Counted from the first letter of the stretch, positions 10,122 through 20,600 are shown. The stretch: DNA of 32,000 bases from Amoeboradix gromovi X-113 (GCA_018985225.1 JADGIF010000023.1:4517-36516), one strand, 5' to 3'. Notes: a model not told the origin generated them from the letters alone. Numbers and translations are program-made.

Positions 10122-13100
10122 ATGGTAGTTGCAGAAGGGTTGTTAAATGAGCCTGAACACACTTCAATTAGGATGGAAGAAGAAGGTGTTTTAGTGATAG
10201 AAAATCAAACTCAACCTTCAGAAGCAAAAGAAGAAGGAAAGCAAAGTGATGTCACAGAACACTTGCTAACTGTTGAACAAGTTATTGAATATTATAATTC
10301 TGATATAGAACATGGGCTAGATGATAAAATTGTAAAAGAGAGGCAAACTAGAGATGGCTTGAATCAGTTAACACCACCCAAGCCAAAAAATCCATTGCTG
10401 ATTTTTGGTAAACATCTAATTGGGCCGTTCTCCATATTACTTGGATTAGCAGCCATTGGTTGTTTTATATTGTTCACAGTTGGTGCATCTACATCATCTG
10501 GAGACATAGACTACTCTAACCTGTATTTGGGATGTATTCTAGTTTTTGTAGTTCTTTTTAACTCTTTAATTGAATCTTGGCAAGAAATCAAAACTGAAAA
10601 TGTGTTGAAGTCTTTCGGAAATATGATTCCGCAGAAAACAATGGTATTGCGTAACTCCAACTTCATTCTAGAGGAGTCCAAGTTTCTTGTTAAAGGTGAT
10701 GTCATTAAAATCAAAGAAGGTGACAAAATTCCAGCAGATATTCGTATAATAAGTACAAACTACTGTAAGGTTGATAACTCATCGCTAACTGGGGAATCTG
10801 AACCAATTATGAGAGAGTTAACCACTAGCAAGAAAAATCCATTGGAGGCTGAGAATTTAGCATTCTATGGTACTCTATGCATTAGTGGAGAAGCTAGAGG
10901 AATAGTTATTAGATGCGGTGACTATTCTGTCATCGGTAGTATTGCTAAACTTACAGGAAACAGCAAAAAAAGAATTTCACCATTAAATGAAGAAATTACT
11001 AGATTTGTAAAATTTGTTGCGGTTGGAGCAACTTTAATGGCTGTATTGTTTTTCATCATCGGTATGGTCATTAACCCTGATCCTTATTCTAATTTTCAGT
11101 TCTTTATTGGTATCTTTGTTGCCAACATACCTCAAGGTTTGCCGGTAACTGTCACTTTGGTTTTAACATTTGCCTCAAAACAACTAGCCAAACGTAATGT
11201 TTTAGTCAAGGATCTAGAAGGATTAGACACCTTGGGAGCCATTACTTTGTTAGCTAGCGACAAAACTGGTACAATGACTCAAAATAGAATGACTGTGGTT
11301 AATTGTTGGAAGCCTACAAAAGGTCATGATGGTCATTTTTTTAGTAAACCTGGAATTGGCCTTACAAGTGCATCACTGGAACTTCAAGCAAAAGACAAGG
11401 AACATGAGTATCTTATAAGTTGTGCAGCGCTTAATAGAAAGGCGGAATTTGATCCATTAGATAAAGAAACAGATGTAGAGAAGAAAGTGATTTTTGGTGA
11501 TGCTACTGAATGTGGAATTTTAAGATTTGTGGCTAAAAATATTGATTTTGAAAGCTTCAACAGAGAACACAAAGCAATGTTTACTATTCCGTTTAACAGT
11601 AGTAACAAATGGGCATTGACAATTAATAAATATGAGCATTCTAGTGGCTCCTTAATGCTGTTTATCAAAGGTGCACCGGAACGAGTTTTAAGAATGTGCA
11701 GTACTACGTGCAATGGTATGGATACCACAAGTGCTGAATTTGCTGCATCATTTGACAATGCCTACAAAATTTTGGCAAGTCAAGGTCAGCGTGTTTTGGC
11801 ATTTGCTTACAAACCGTTAGATTCCAATTACGACAATGTTCAATTTCAAAGAGAGCCTCCAAACTATCCTACCAGTGAATATATCTTCGTAGGCATTATC
11901 GGTTTAATGGACCCACCTAAAGATAGAGTTGCCAAAGCCATAGCCAGTTGCCAAACAGCAGGAATTCGTGTATTTATGGTTACTGGGGATCATCCATTGA
12001 CAGCGGAGGCAATTGCAAGGCAGGTAGGTTTATTAATTGGTGATACAAAGGAGCAGGCAGCAATAAAGTTGAACAGACCAATAGAGAGTATCGGAGAGGA
12101 TGAGTATCGATGTGTAGTTGTGCATGGTGAGGAATTGGACAAGTTGAGTAATAGGGAGTGGGATAAAATACTTAACAAAAAAGAGGTCTGCTTTGCTCGC
12201 ACATCTCCGAAACAGAAACTGGAGATTGTGGCCCGCTGTCAAGCCAAGGGTCATGTCGTGGGTGTGACAGGAGACGGAGTAAATGATTCACCAGCACTCA
12301 AAAGAGCTGATTTGGGTATCAGTATGAACGTTAGTGGAAGTGATGTAAGTAAGGAGGCGGCTAAAATGATTCTGATGGATGACAACTTTGCTACCATTGT
12401 AGAAGGCATAGCTCAGGGGAGGTTGATATTCGCGAATTTGAAAAAGGCCATTTACTACACTATTTGCCATCTGATGCCTGAGAATGTTCCATTTCTGTTA
12501 TTTATACTTTTGCCTATTCCTATTGCTTTGACAGCGTTTCTAATCATTTTTATTGACTTAATTGCAGACGCAGCGCCCGCCACAACATATGCGTACGAGG
12601 TTGAAGAGGATAACTTGATGGACCAGGCTCCGAGAAAGACAGTCACGCCACCAGACAGATTAGTTGCCACCGATGAGGAAGATGCTCGTAATTTATCCAG
12701 AGTTCCTTCGTTTAGATTGGAAGAGACCCGAAGACATTCGAAACGAACCATTTGGAGCAGGTTTGTGGATTCGATTTGGACTCGTAAAAGAAATGCTAAA
12801 GATGACGCGCTAGTTGATAAGAACATGATATTTCTTGCTTACTGCCAGATCGGAATATTAGAGAGCATAGGCGGAATGTTTGCCTTCTTTTTAGTATTTG
12901 GGATGGGGAATCAAAGAGGTGATGGAAGCTCCTATTCCATTAGTATCGATGAGATGTGGGGACATCGTTTTTACAAGGATTATGGCAGCAACTTTAGAGT
13001 CAGCGAGAATGAATACAATCAGCTGTACAAGGAGGCTACAAGTGCCTATTTCATGACATTGATAATTGCTCAATGCTTCAACGCCGTTTTAGTTAAGATA

Positions 13101-13391
13101 AAAAGCGACTACATATTCACCAGAAAGATATTTTTGAATTTGTACACTTATGCAGCAATAACTTTTAGTATTGCATTTGGGTGTTTTATTGTGTATACCC
13201 CATTTATGCAAATCATAACATTGAGCATGGGGGTTAGGGGAGAAGTGTACATCGTTGGTATAGTTACTGGGGTTATCCTGATTGTTTATGATACTCTGAG
13301 GAAATGGTTATTGAAAATGGGGTACTTTGGAGGAATCAACCAGAGACCGGCAGAGAAGATTGAAGGAATTAGTAGAGTATTGACTAGGTAG
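10122..13391 (+). CDS. P-type ATPase, type IIC (Na+/K+- or H+/K+-ATPase alpha-like), 1089 aa
   Basis: KVDNSSLTGES, phosphorylation motif SDKTGTMTQNRMTV, IPFNSSNKW, KGAPER, MVTGDHPLTA, FARTSPKQKL, TGDGVNDSPALKRAD; ~10 hydrophobic segments. Confidence 0.95.
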   Translation: MVVAEGLLNEPEHTSIRMEEEGVLVIENQTQPSEAKEEGKQSDVTEHLLTVEQVIEYYNSDIEHGLDDKIVKERQTRDGLNQLTPPKPKNPLLIFGKHLIGPFSILLGLAAIGCFILFTVGASTSSGDIDYSNLYLGCILVFVVLFNSLIESWQEIKTENVLKSFGNMIPQKTMVLRNSNFILEESKFLVKGDVIKIKEGDKIPADIRIISTNYCKVDNSSLTGESEPIMRELTTSKKNPLEAENLAFYGTLCISGEARGIVIRCGDYSVIGSIAKLTGNSKKRISPLNEEITRFVKFVAVGATLMAVLFFIIGMVINPDPYSNFQFFIGIFVANIPQGLPVTVTLVLTFASKQLAKRNVLVKDLEGLDTLGAITLLASDKTGTMTQNRMTVVNCWKPTKGHDGHFFSKPGIGLTSASLELQAKDKEHEYLISCAALNRKAEFDPLDKETDVEKKVIFGDATECGILRFVAKNIDFESFNREHKAMFTIPFNSSNKWALTINKYEHSSGSLMLFIKGAPERVLRMCSTTCNGMDTTSAEFAASFDNAYKILASQGQRVLAFAYKPLDSNYDNVQFQREPPNYPTSEYIFVGIIGLMDPPKDRVAKAIASCQTAGIRVFMVTGDHPLTAEAIARQVGLLIGDTKEQAAIKLNRPIESIGEDEYRCVVVHGEELDKLSNREWDKILNKKEVCFARTSPKQKLEIVARCQAKGHVVGVTGDGVNDSPALKRADLGISMNVSGSDVSKEAAKMILMDDNFATIVEGIAQGRLIFANLKKAIYYTICHLMPENVPFLLFILLPIPIALTAFLIIFIDLIADAAPATTYAYEVEEDNLMDQAPRKTVTPPDRLVATDEEDARNLSRVPSFRLEETRRHSKRTIWSRFVDSIWTRKRNAKDDALVDKNMIFLAYCQIGILESIGGMFAFFLVFGMGNQRGDGSSYSISIDEMWGHRFYKDYGSNFRVSENEYNQLYKEATSAYFMTLIIAQCFNAVLVKIKSDYIFTRKIFLNLYTYAAITFSIAFGCFIVYTPFMQIITLSMGVRGEVYIVGIVTGVILIVYDTLRKWLLKMGYFGGINQRPAEKIEGISRVLTR

Positions 13392-13964
13392 AGTAAATAA
13401 GTTTGATTTTATAAAACACTTTGTGCTCTTTGAAATTCATGCCGGCAAGTATAGCTGCAATTCAAAAAGAATTAGGGTGTTCTATTTGTAGAAGTCTACA
13501 CAAAATCGCTAAAACAATTCTCGATGTAATTGGATAAACCATTAACCATAATTACACGAGCTCTATCGCTGTAACATTCTCTCTTACTGAATATACAAAA
13601 ACTCGCTATCTTTTTAGTAATTGCAATGGCTCCAAATCTACACATCTAGAATATGCCAAATCTCAAGGCATCATCTAGAGGGTGGTACTCTGAACAATAT
13701 CGGATTCTTATTCATGAAAAAACTGTTATTAGGAAGCGGAAAACGAGGATAGGGCAGCGAAGAAAAATATGTTAATCTCCACCTTTATTTCCACATCAGG
13801 GTAACGGAAGCATGAGAGATCATTTTAACGGAGCAACTGCCATGCTAGTTTATTCGTGAAACTTCTTGATTTCAAAGAAATTAAGAATTCTAAAACACCA
13901 TACTATTGGTTGTGGTTTCACGATGGCGTTATCAAGTAACCTGAAATGTAATTAATACTCCTAG

Positions 13965-14858
13965 ATGTTTGCATTAATTTCATTGATATTTGGGGCTCCT
14001 GTACTCTTAAGCTGTGGTACTGAATATACAGGAAAACTTTCATATGATCCCGACCATCCTTTCCAATGCATAGAGAGTAGGCTCAAACCTCTGGATGCAC
14101 CTTCTATTGCGACCGACAGCAATTTTGGTACATCTTTAAAAAGGGTCATTGAAACTGCTGATCGCATCAATGCGGTACATCACAATTCTATTACTGGACT
14201 AAAAGATGAAATTGCAGCACTTAAGTTGAAATTAGAGAACTGTATGAAGAGTGACGGGGATTGCATCACCATAATGGAAGAACTTCATTCAATGATGCGC
14301 GATATTAAATCCGCAATCGGAAGTAGAAATTTGTTGCTGGTTACATATAAAGGGGAAACATATAAATGGTCAGAAGTTGGCACTTATTTAACCAAGGGGC
14401 TGAACTCAATTCATAAGATCTTGGCAACTGAATATGCATCTGAATACATTTTAAACGACTGCATCACAACTATGAAGCCAAACGGTTTAACTTCATTAAT
14501 CACTGCAATTAGCTACACAGATCATGAAAAAGACAGTTTAACAGATATAGCTGTCGAAGTTGCTCTTGAAAGCAGCAGCAATGTGGAACTGTTAAATGGC
14601 GTAGTTGCTCGAGTAAGTGAAAACAAAACGATAGAAAAGATTAAAGAATTGATTGAAATACTGGAGCAAATATTGATAACATGCACCATGGTAGATGATT
14701 ATTTTAATCTAAATAGTAGTTATTGTAAAGCTGGGTTAGAGGCACTGGAAAAATTGAAGAAGTTAATTCCAGATTCAGATTTCAAGCAATTAAACGAGTA
14801 CATTGATGGCTTTAAAGAAACTCGAGGCAATAACAATAAACTGATTAGCTCTTATTAA
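13965..14858 (+). CDS. Hypothetical secreted alpha-helical/coiled-coil protein, 297 aa
   Basis: ATG-initiated ORF with a short hydrophobic N-terminus (MFALISLIFG), heptad-like segments and spaced Cys residues; no family recognised. Confidence 0.7.
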   Translation: MFALISLIFGAPVLLSCGTEYTGKLSYDPDHPFQCIESRLKPLDAPSIATDSNFGTSLKRVIETADRINAVHHNSITGLKDEIAALKLKLENCMKSDGDCITIMEELHSMMRDIKSAIGSRNLLLVTYKGETYKWSEVGTYLTKGLNSIHKILATEYASEYILNDCITTMKPNGLTSLITAISYTDHEKDSLTDIAVEVALESSSNVELLNGVVARVSENKTIEKIKELIEILEQILITCTMVDDYFNLNSSYCKAGLEALEKLKKLIPDSDFKQLNEYIDGFKETRGNNNKLISSY

Positions 14859-15087
14859 TTTGATTTATAGCATAGGAATTTAATTCCTACAAGCAATAGC
14901 TTGTCTTGTGCCGTGGTCATGCTACCGGAGCTTCCTTGATACTTATAGGTTGTTAAACCTGAAGTGCTTTTGAGTTATTCATATTAAAGCAATGGCATTA
15001 GGATACAGATGTATAGCAGTCTGATGAATTAAAAACATCGATGCTTGGTAAAAACTAGCTAACATGACTAAAACTAAAGTGATTTAT

Positions 15088-18000
15088 TTATAGCTTCCCT
15101 CTTAAACCTCCCAACAAGTCTCCTAATACCATGCTCATCATAATGTTACCACTGGCTTTCAATTTCCCACTCATAAATGCTTCCTGACCACTTATCTTCC
15201 CACTAGCCATCTTAATAAAATCTTCATCTCCAATTTTTATTAAACAGTCGTTCTTTCTATTTCCCTGCACAATTTTCAATTCTTTTAAATCGATTACCCA
15301 TTCTTCCTTGTTATTTGGGGTGGATATCTCTAATTGGAATACACCACCTTTGCTCTGATATTTCTTCTTTTGGTCTGCTTGCATCCCTTGAAGGTACGCA
15401 TCCAGCTTTGACAGAACTGCACTAGATTTGCTAGCAGTTGTGCTTGCTGCTTTCGATGTGGCACCTGCCTTGGTCTTTTCCAACTTTGCACAGGCATTCA
15501 TCACTACTATTTCGTTTCTCTCCTTACATTTACACACAAATACCACCAAATCACCTTCAAGCCACATCTCAACTACCAGTGTCTCACCAGGGTACACATG
15601 TTTGCTCAATCTACCCATAATCATGTTGAATGGACCGTATGCATCCATTATTGATTTACCACATATCCCAAATGTACACATACCGTGTAATATAGGCTTG
15701 TCAAATCCACCCATTTTAGCAAATGACGAGTCAATATGCATTGGGTTTAAATCTTTGCTGCTTGCTCTGAACAGCAGTGCCTGGTTATCGGTGGTTTTGT
15801 TAATAATCACCTTGTCGGGTTGTCTGCTCATAACACGAGTCAGCACATCGGTACTCACACCAATAGATGGTATATTTGCTGACTGGATACCTTGCTTAAC
15901 AGAGCAGTTGCGAATAAAGAGAGTGATTTCACCATGCACAATTTGACCACGTTTATTGCTGCCCTTGACGATTAATCGGATAACAAGAGAATTCTTAATT
16001 GACTTAATGCTGCCAACACTGGATTCAAATTGAATTACATCCTCAACTAGCAATGGAAGATTCAACTTGACAAGCTGCTCGCCGTGCACAAGATTCATCA
16101 AACTGAAATCATTGCAAATTGAATCAAAGGGGAATACAGTAGCAGAATGGACTATTGCACTGTTAATAAACGTAGGGATTATTTGGAATGAATCGGATTG
16201 CTCGTAGATGTAGTGTAGCTGGGTAGCTGTGCAGTTCAGGGATATGTTATACAAGATTATATCAGCCTGATTATAAGAATAAGAATGAGAGGATCCAACA
16301 GATGATGCTTTGGAATTTGAGGATTTTGGAGAACTCAAATTACTGAAATTGTTGAAGATCTCCTGATAGCTTTCTTGTACGCTACCCGGATGATGATACT
16401 TGCTAAAATCTGTGATTTCACGCCATTTGTTATAAACATCCTCAACATCAACAGATTTAAATCCAACACCTTTAGATCTTTGCCATTCGCAAGATTGAAC
16501 AATCCCGCAGCCAGCCTCATAGACTTTGTTTGTGATTGATGTAGAAGTTAACGCAACAACTAGTGGACTAACATATTCTGGCTTCAGCTGCTCAAGGACA
16601 TCATTGGGCATTATCGTGGATGTAATGCGGGTGCCTGCAGTTGGAATAACTACATTCACAGTGATATTCTTAGATTTCCCTTCTATGGCCAAAGTTTTAC
16701 TAAAACCAATGATTGCTGACTTTGCGCTACCGTAATTGCACGAACCAAAATTTCCATACAGCGCAATACTGGAGGATGTGTTAATAATACGTCCATACTT
16801 TTGCTTGACCATATAAGGCCACGCAGCATGGCACATTGCAAATGTGCCATTTAAATGTACTTTGTGGATCAACAGCCAGTCCTCTGCAGTCATTTTAGAC
16901 ATAGATACATCTCTTAGGATACCTGCATTGTTTATCAATATATCTACTCTACCCCATTTTTTGATTGCGGATTCCACTACCATTTGACCGTCAACTACGC
17001 TGTTGTAGTTAGGAATAGCACTTCCACCCTTGCTGATAATATCCTGCACAACTTTCTCAGCTGCATTAGTGCTATTACCGACGCCATGCGTGTTGCCACC
17101 CAAATCATTTACAACAACGTTGCACTTTAAATAAGCAAACAAAAGAGCATACTGACGACCCAGACCATTACCTGCACCTGTGACTATCACTACCTTGTCT
17201 TTCAAATTTATTGCCGGTCCCTTAGGATTGGTGATAGACTTGCAAGCCTCCAAGTATGATAGTGGGTTCAAATCTGCCATAGAGGATGGCGATTGCGGGT
17301 TTGACATGTTGTGAATCTGGTCTAGCTTATCAAGAACCGCGCTTGGAGTAAAGGTAGAGTCCAACTTGAACAGCTGGCCTTGTGAGCGAGACCATCTAAC
17401 TTTAGCGATAAAACCAGCTCCGACCTCGAACAAGCTGCCATTCTCAGTAACAGAGGGATGAGTAAGGTATAGAACCAATGGAGCAACAAATTCAGGTTTA
17501 AGATTTGCTAGTACATCAGGGGGAAGGACAGATTCTGTCATTTTAGATTTAGCTATTGGGGCAATCGTGTTAACTAATACATTGTTACGTTCACCTTCTT
17601 TAGACAAAGAGAGAGTGAAGCCATGTAGACCTAGTTTGGCAGCAGAATAATTAGCTTGGCCATAATTACCGTAAATACCTGCTGCACTGGCAGTGTTGAT
17701 TATACGGCCAAATTTCTGTTTGTTGAAGATATCCCAGCAAGCCTTGGTCATTTTAAAACTGCCATGTAGATGAACATCTAGGACTTGCTGCCATTGTTGT
17801 TCTGTCATTTTAATAAAACTAGAATCACGAAGTATACCAGCATTATTTATAAGAATATCAACTCTACCGAACGCTTTTAGAGCCGTCTGCACAATTTCTG
17901 TGCCCTGCTCACAGCTGTGTTTGTCAGCAACAGCAATCCCACCCATTCTCTGAATCTCTAAAACGACTTGCTCAGGAGCGCCAAGATCATTAACTACAAT

Positions 18001-18120
18001 CTTAGCGCCTCTTTTTGCATATTCTAAAGCGTATACCCTACCTAGACCACCTCCTGCACCAGTGATGATAACTACAAGATTGTTGAAATCAAGTTTCTGA
18101 TTAGACATTGTTTTGGACAT
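15088..18120 (-). CDS. FOX2: Peroxisomal multifunctional beta-oxidation enzyme (2x SDR dehydrogenase + hydratase 2 + SCP2)
   Basis: Two TGAGxGLG/NNAGILRD/YxxxK SDR domains; hydratase DLNPMHID...PILHGMCTFG; C-terminal SCP2 (AFMSGKLKASGNIM); PTS1-like GKL. ATG at 18120 or 18108. Confidence 0.96.
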   Translation of the reverse strand: MSKTMSNQKLDFNNLVVIITGAGGGLGRVYALEYAKRGAKIVVNDLGAPEQVVLEIQRMGGIAVADKHSCEQGTEIVQTALKAFGRVDILINNAGILRDSSFIKMTEQQWQQVLDVHLHGSFKMTKACWDIFNKQKFGRIINTASAAGIYGNYGQANYSAAKLGLHGFTLSLSKEGERNNVLVNTIAPIAKSKMTESVLPPDVLANLKPEFVAPLVLYLTHPSVTENGSLFEVGAGFIAKVRWSRSQGQLFKLDSTFTPSAVLDKLDQIHNMSNPQSPSSMADLNPLSYLEACKSITNPKGPAINLKDKVVIVTGAGNGLGRQYALLFAYLKCNVVVNDLGGNTHGVGNSTNAAEKVVQDIISKGGSAIPNYNSVVDGQMVVESAIKKWGRVDILINNAGILRDVSMSKMTAEDWLLIHKVHLNGTFAMCHAAWPYMVKQKYGRIINTSSSIALYGNFGSCNYGSAKSAIIGFSKTLAIEGKSKNITVNVVIPTAGTRITSTIMPNDVLEQLKPEYVSPLVVALTSTSITNKVYEAGCGIVQSCEWQRSKGVGFKSVDVEDVYNKWREITDFSKYHHPGSVQESYQEIFNNFSNLSSPKSSNSKASSVGSSHSYSYNQADIILYNISLNCTATQLHYIYEQSDSFQIIPTFINSAIVHSATVFPFDSICNDFSLMNLVHGEQLVKLNLPLLVEDVIQFESSVGSIKSIKNSLVIRLIVKGSNKRGQIVHGEITLFIRNCSVKQGIQSANIPSIGVSTDVLTRVMSRQPDKVIINKTTDNQALLFRASSKDLNPMHIDSSFAKMGGFDKPILHGMCTFGICGKSIMDAYGPFNMIMGRLSKHVYPGETLVVEMWLEGDLVVFVCKCKERNEIVVMNACAKLEKTKAGATSKAASTTASKSSAVLSKLDAYLQGMQADQKKKYQSKGGVFQLEISTPNNKEEWVIDLKELKIVQGNRKNDCLIKIGDEDFIKMASGKISGQEAFMSGKLKASGNIMMSMVLGDLLGGLRGKL

Positions 18121-18139
18121 TCTCCGTTGCAAAAAGTAA

Positions 18140-18555
18140 CAAGTGGGACATCAAATATAAAAACTAGACCTACTTTCTGAAATAGTTTGAATCATTATTT
18201 CAAGTGCGTATTAACCAGTAATAAACTAAATTAAATCAATCTGATTATTTCAAGTAAATTATTTTAGTATAAAAACTTTTCATCCATCAAAATCTTAGAC
18301 ACAATGATTAATAAGAAGAAGAGAAACGGAAAATAAGTTATACGAGAATGGAACAGATAAAGACTATCGTCTAAGAAAATGCACCTTTTGTATTTGAAAG
18401 AGATAGTGGGTCATCTTATTTTATTTTAAAGAGGGAATGACATTAATGAAAGAAAATTGGTTTGAAAGAAGAAGGACTTTTATAATAATAGTATTTCCTC
18501 CTTATGGAGCACCTCCTTTAAAATTACAGTCTAGTTTTATATTTCGAGTTCCACA
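18140..18555 (+). mobile_element. MITE copy 2 (~415 bp); right TIR degenerate
   Basis: Starts caagtgggacatcaaatataaaaactagac and ends gtctagttttatatttcgagttccaca; colinear with 31169-31572 throughout. Confidence 0.88.
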
Positions 18556-18646
18556 TTATAACTTGACTATTGGATCTTTAGAATTTAAGAAATGAATCTA
18601 TATCATTAGATGGACAACAATCAGAATATTTTGAAACCTTACATAC

Positions 18647-20332
18647 ATGGATTTCAAAATCAGTTTTCCAGAGGATTTGGGATATTTCGATCATATTTCG
18701 AATGCTGAGGTTTTTGAAGGCATTCCAAAGTATTTGTTCAATACTGTACCTATTGGTATAATTAAAAGTATTAGAACTTACGTCCCAGTAGATTCAATTG
18801 ATGGAAAGATCAGCAATAAACCAGAACAAATGAGCTATATATTTCATGGGAGTTGGGGAATGGGAAAATCTAATCTATTAATGTTGATAGCTCAGTTTGC
18901 ATCCAGTAGAAAGTTTTTGGTCTTTTATGAAAAGGAATGCGGACTTCTCCAAAAGAACGAGTCTAATCAGGATTTTGAGTATTTGAATAAAGACGCCATA
19001 TCGCATTGGAAGATGATAATCGGAAATCACGCAGATCCAGAAAAACGTAAACTTTTGAAGTACTTGAGTTTCAATACCGAACCAAACCATGTTATCATTT
19101 CAAACCTAAGGAATATTAGATTAGCAGTACCCGTTTGCTTTGTATTGGATCAATGGCATCTTCTCGACCCATCATTTCATTTCTATAAACTACCAGGGAA
19201 TATAATGGGATTTGTGAGTGGCAGCGGTAGTTGGAAACCTGAAATGTCATTGAATCGTGTTCCTGACAGAGCTAGGTATAGAACGTATCATATAGAAATG
19301 AAGAGATTGACAGCAGACAAGACTAAAATGATTTTATCAGCCTTTCTGAAATTTGAAGTATCTGATGATCTTGCAGACAAAGTAACTGACATTTGTCAAG
19401 GTGCTTTTGTACTGGTAAACCAAGTATACGACATTATAAGTAACAATAGCCATTATTTACCATTTGATCTTTCTATGGCACCCTCCTTGATGGATGATTT
19501 AAAAACTACCATTAGAACTTATTATAAAGGCATCGTGTCCGGAATCATATCAAGCGATAAACATGAAGAAGGTCAAATTACAAAATTGCTAAATTCTGCA
19601 AATCTGGAATCGCCTATCATTGACACATATTGGCTAGATACGGGGATTTGTACCGCAGGTAGTTTCTTTCATCCGGTCTTGCAAGACGAGATTGCTAAAT
19701 GTTACCAAGTGGAGGACAATGTTACCACATTGATTTCAAAACTGACGTATAAGACTGAAGAGGCATTTGAGACTTTATTTTCTTATTTATTTTATAGACA
19801 CTATGAAGGTAGATTAGCTTTACATACTGGGTGTACTGTTGTTGTTAAAGGTAAATGTGAGCTTCAATGGAATTCTTTCTTTGAGTATGAGTACTCCAAT
19901 TCAAATACTGTTTCTTTTACTGATGATCGTATCTATCACTTGAAGATGGCTGGTGGTAATTTCCCAGCTATTGATTTTTGTTGTAAAAACGGGAATTTTA
20001 TCTATGCCATTCAAGTATCAGTTGAAGCAACCAGAGAGGATCATGATAGGTCCAGTGTTAGCGAGGTTCTCAGATTGAAAGGAAATCTACCACAACCAGT
20101 CAAAGATTGGCTAACGGCACAGTATAAGACACCAATGGCCGAGATAAGATATGTTTACTTGTCGCCTTATCAATTCAAACGTACTCAAAAACAAGAGCCA
20201 TACTGGGTGCCTGAATCATTTGATTATTTTAGAGATTTATGTGGGAATATTAAATTGTACACATTCATTTTGAGTAGCTATAAGCGCAATGAACCAAAAC
20301 AAAAGAGAAAGAAAATTGAACAAATTAATTAA
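18647..20332 (+). CDS. Crinkler/RHS-type effector-like protein: P-loop NTPase + C-terminal PD-(D/E)xK (REase-fold) domain, 561 aa
   Basis: Walker A FHGSWGMGKS, Walker B VCFVLDQW; REase-like AFE...NFPAIDF...IYAIQVS...H...YVYLSP; basic NLS-like tail PKQKRKK. No N-terminal header domain is visible. Confidence 0.72.
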   Translation: MDFKISFPEDLGYFDHISNAEVFEGIPKYLFNTVPIGIIKSIRTYVPVDSIDGKISNKPEQMSYIFHGSWGMGKSNLLMLIAQFASSRKFLVFYEKECGLLQKNESNQDFEYLNKDAISHWKMIIGNHADPEKRKLLKYLSFNTEPNHVIISNLRNIRLAVPVCFVLDQWHLLDPSFHFYKLPGNIMGFVSGSGSWKPEMSLNRVPDRARYRTYHIEMKRLTADKTKMILSAFLKFEVSDDLADKVTDICQGAFVLVNQVYDIISNNSHYLPFDLSMAPSLMDDLKTTIRTYYKGIVSGIISSDKHEEGQITKLLNSANLESPIIDTYWLDTGICTAGSFFHPVLQDEIAKCYQVEDNVTTLISKLTYKTEEAFETLFSYLFYRHYEGRLALHTGCTVVVKGKCELQWNSFFEYEYSNSNTVSFTDDRIYHLKMAGGNFPAIDFCCKNGNFIYAIQVSVEATREDHDRSSVSEVLRLKGNLPQPVKDWLTAQYKTPMAEIRYVYLSPYQFKRTQKQEPYWVPESFDYFRDLCGNIKLYTFILSSYKRNEPKQKRKKIEQIN

Positions 20333-20565
20333 CTTATTTTCCCAACCTTTCAAAACGAAATCAAACTTCAAAAAGAAAACAAACCAAGCAATTGATGTAA
20401 TTTTGAATGTTTATGACATTACACTTTAGAGGCATATGGAAAAATTATCTTTTAAGTAACTCAGTGGCATGAATAATGATTATATCAACTCGAAATTGGT
20501 ATTTTTGAAAATATCACGGTCCGGGGGCTCTAAAAAGTCTATTTTTTAAATTTCTGATATTTTTG

Positions 20566-20598
20566 AGTTGGTCTGGTTTATATATGTGGTGTCCCCTG
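20566..20598. mobile_element. Solo right-hand TIR related to the MITE family, ending ...gtgtcccctg|TA
   Basis: Reverse complement TA|caggggacaccacatatataaaccagaccaact matches the MITE left TIR at 18140 at 25 of 30 positions counted from gggaca. Confidence 0.7.
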
Positions 20599-20600
20599 TA

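Noticed and set aside
13420-13900. Coding-like stretches between the ATPase and the 13965 gene
   Set aside because: Multiple stops in all frames examined and no motif; cannot be supported.
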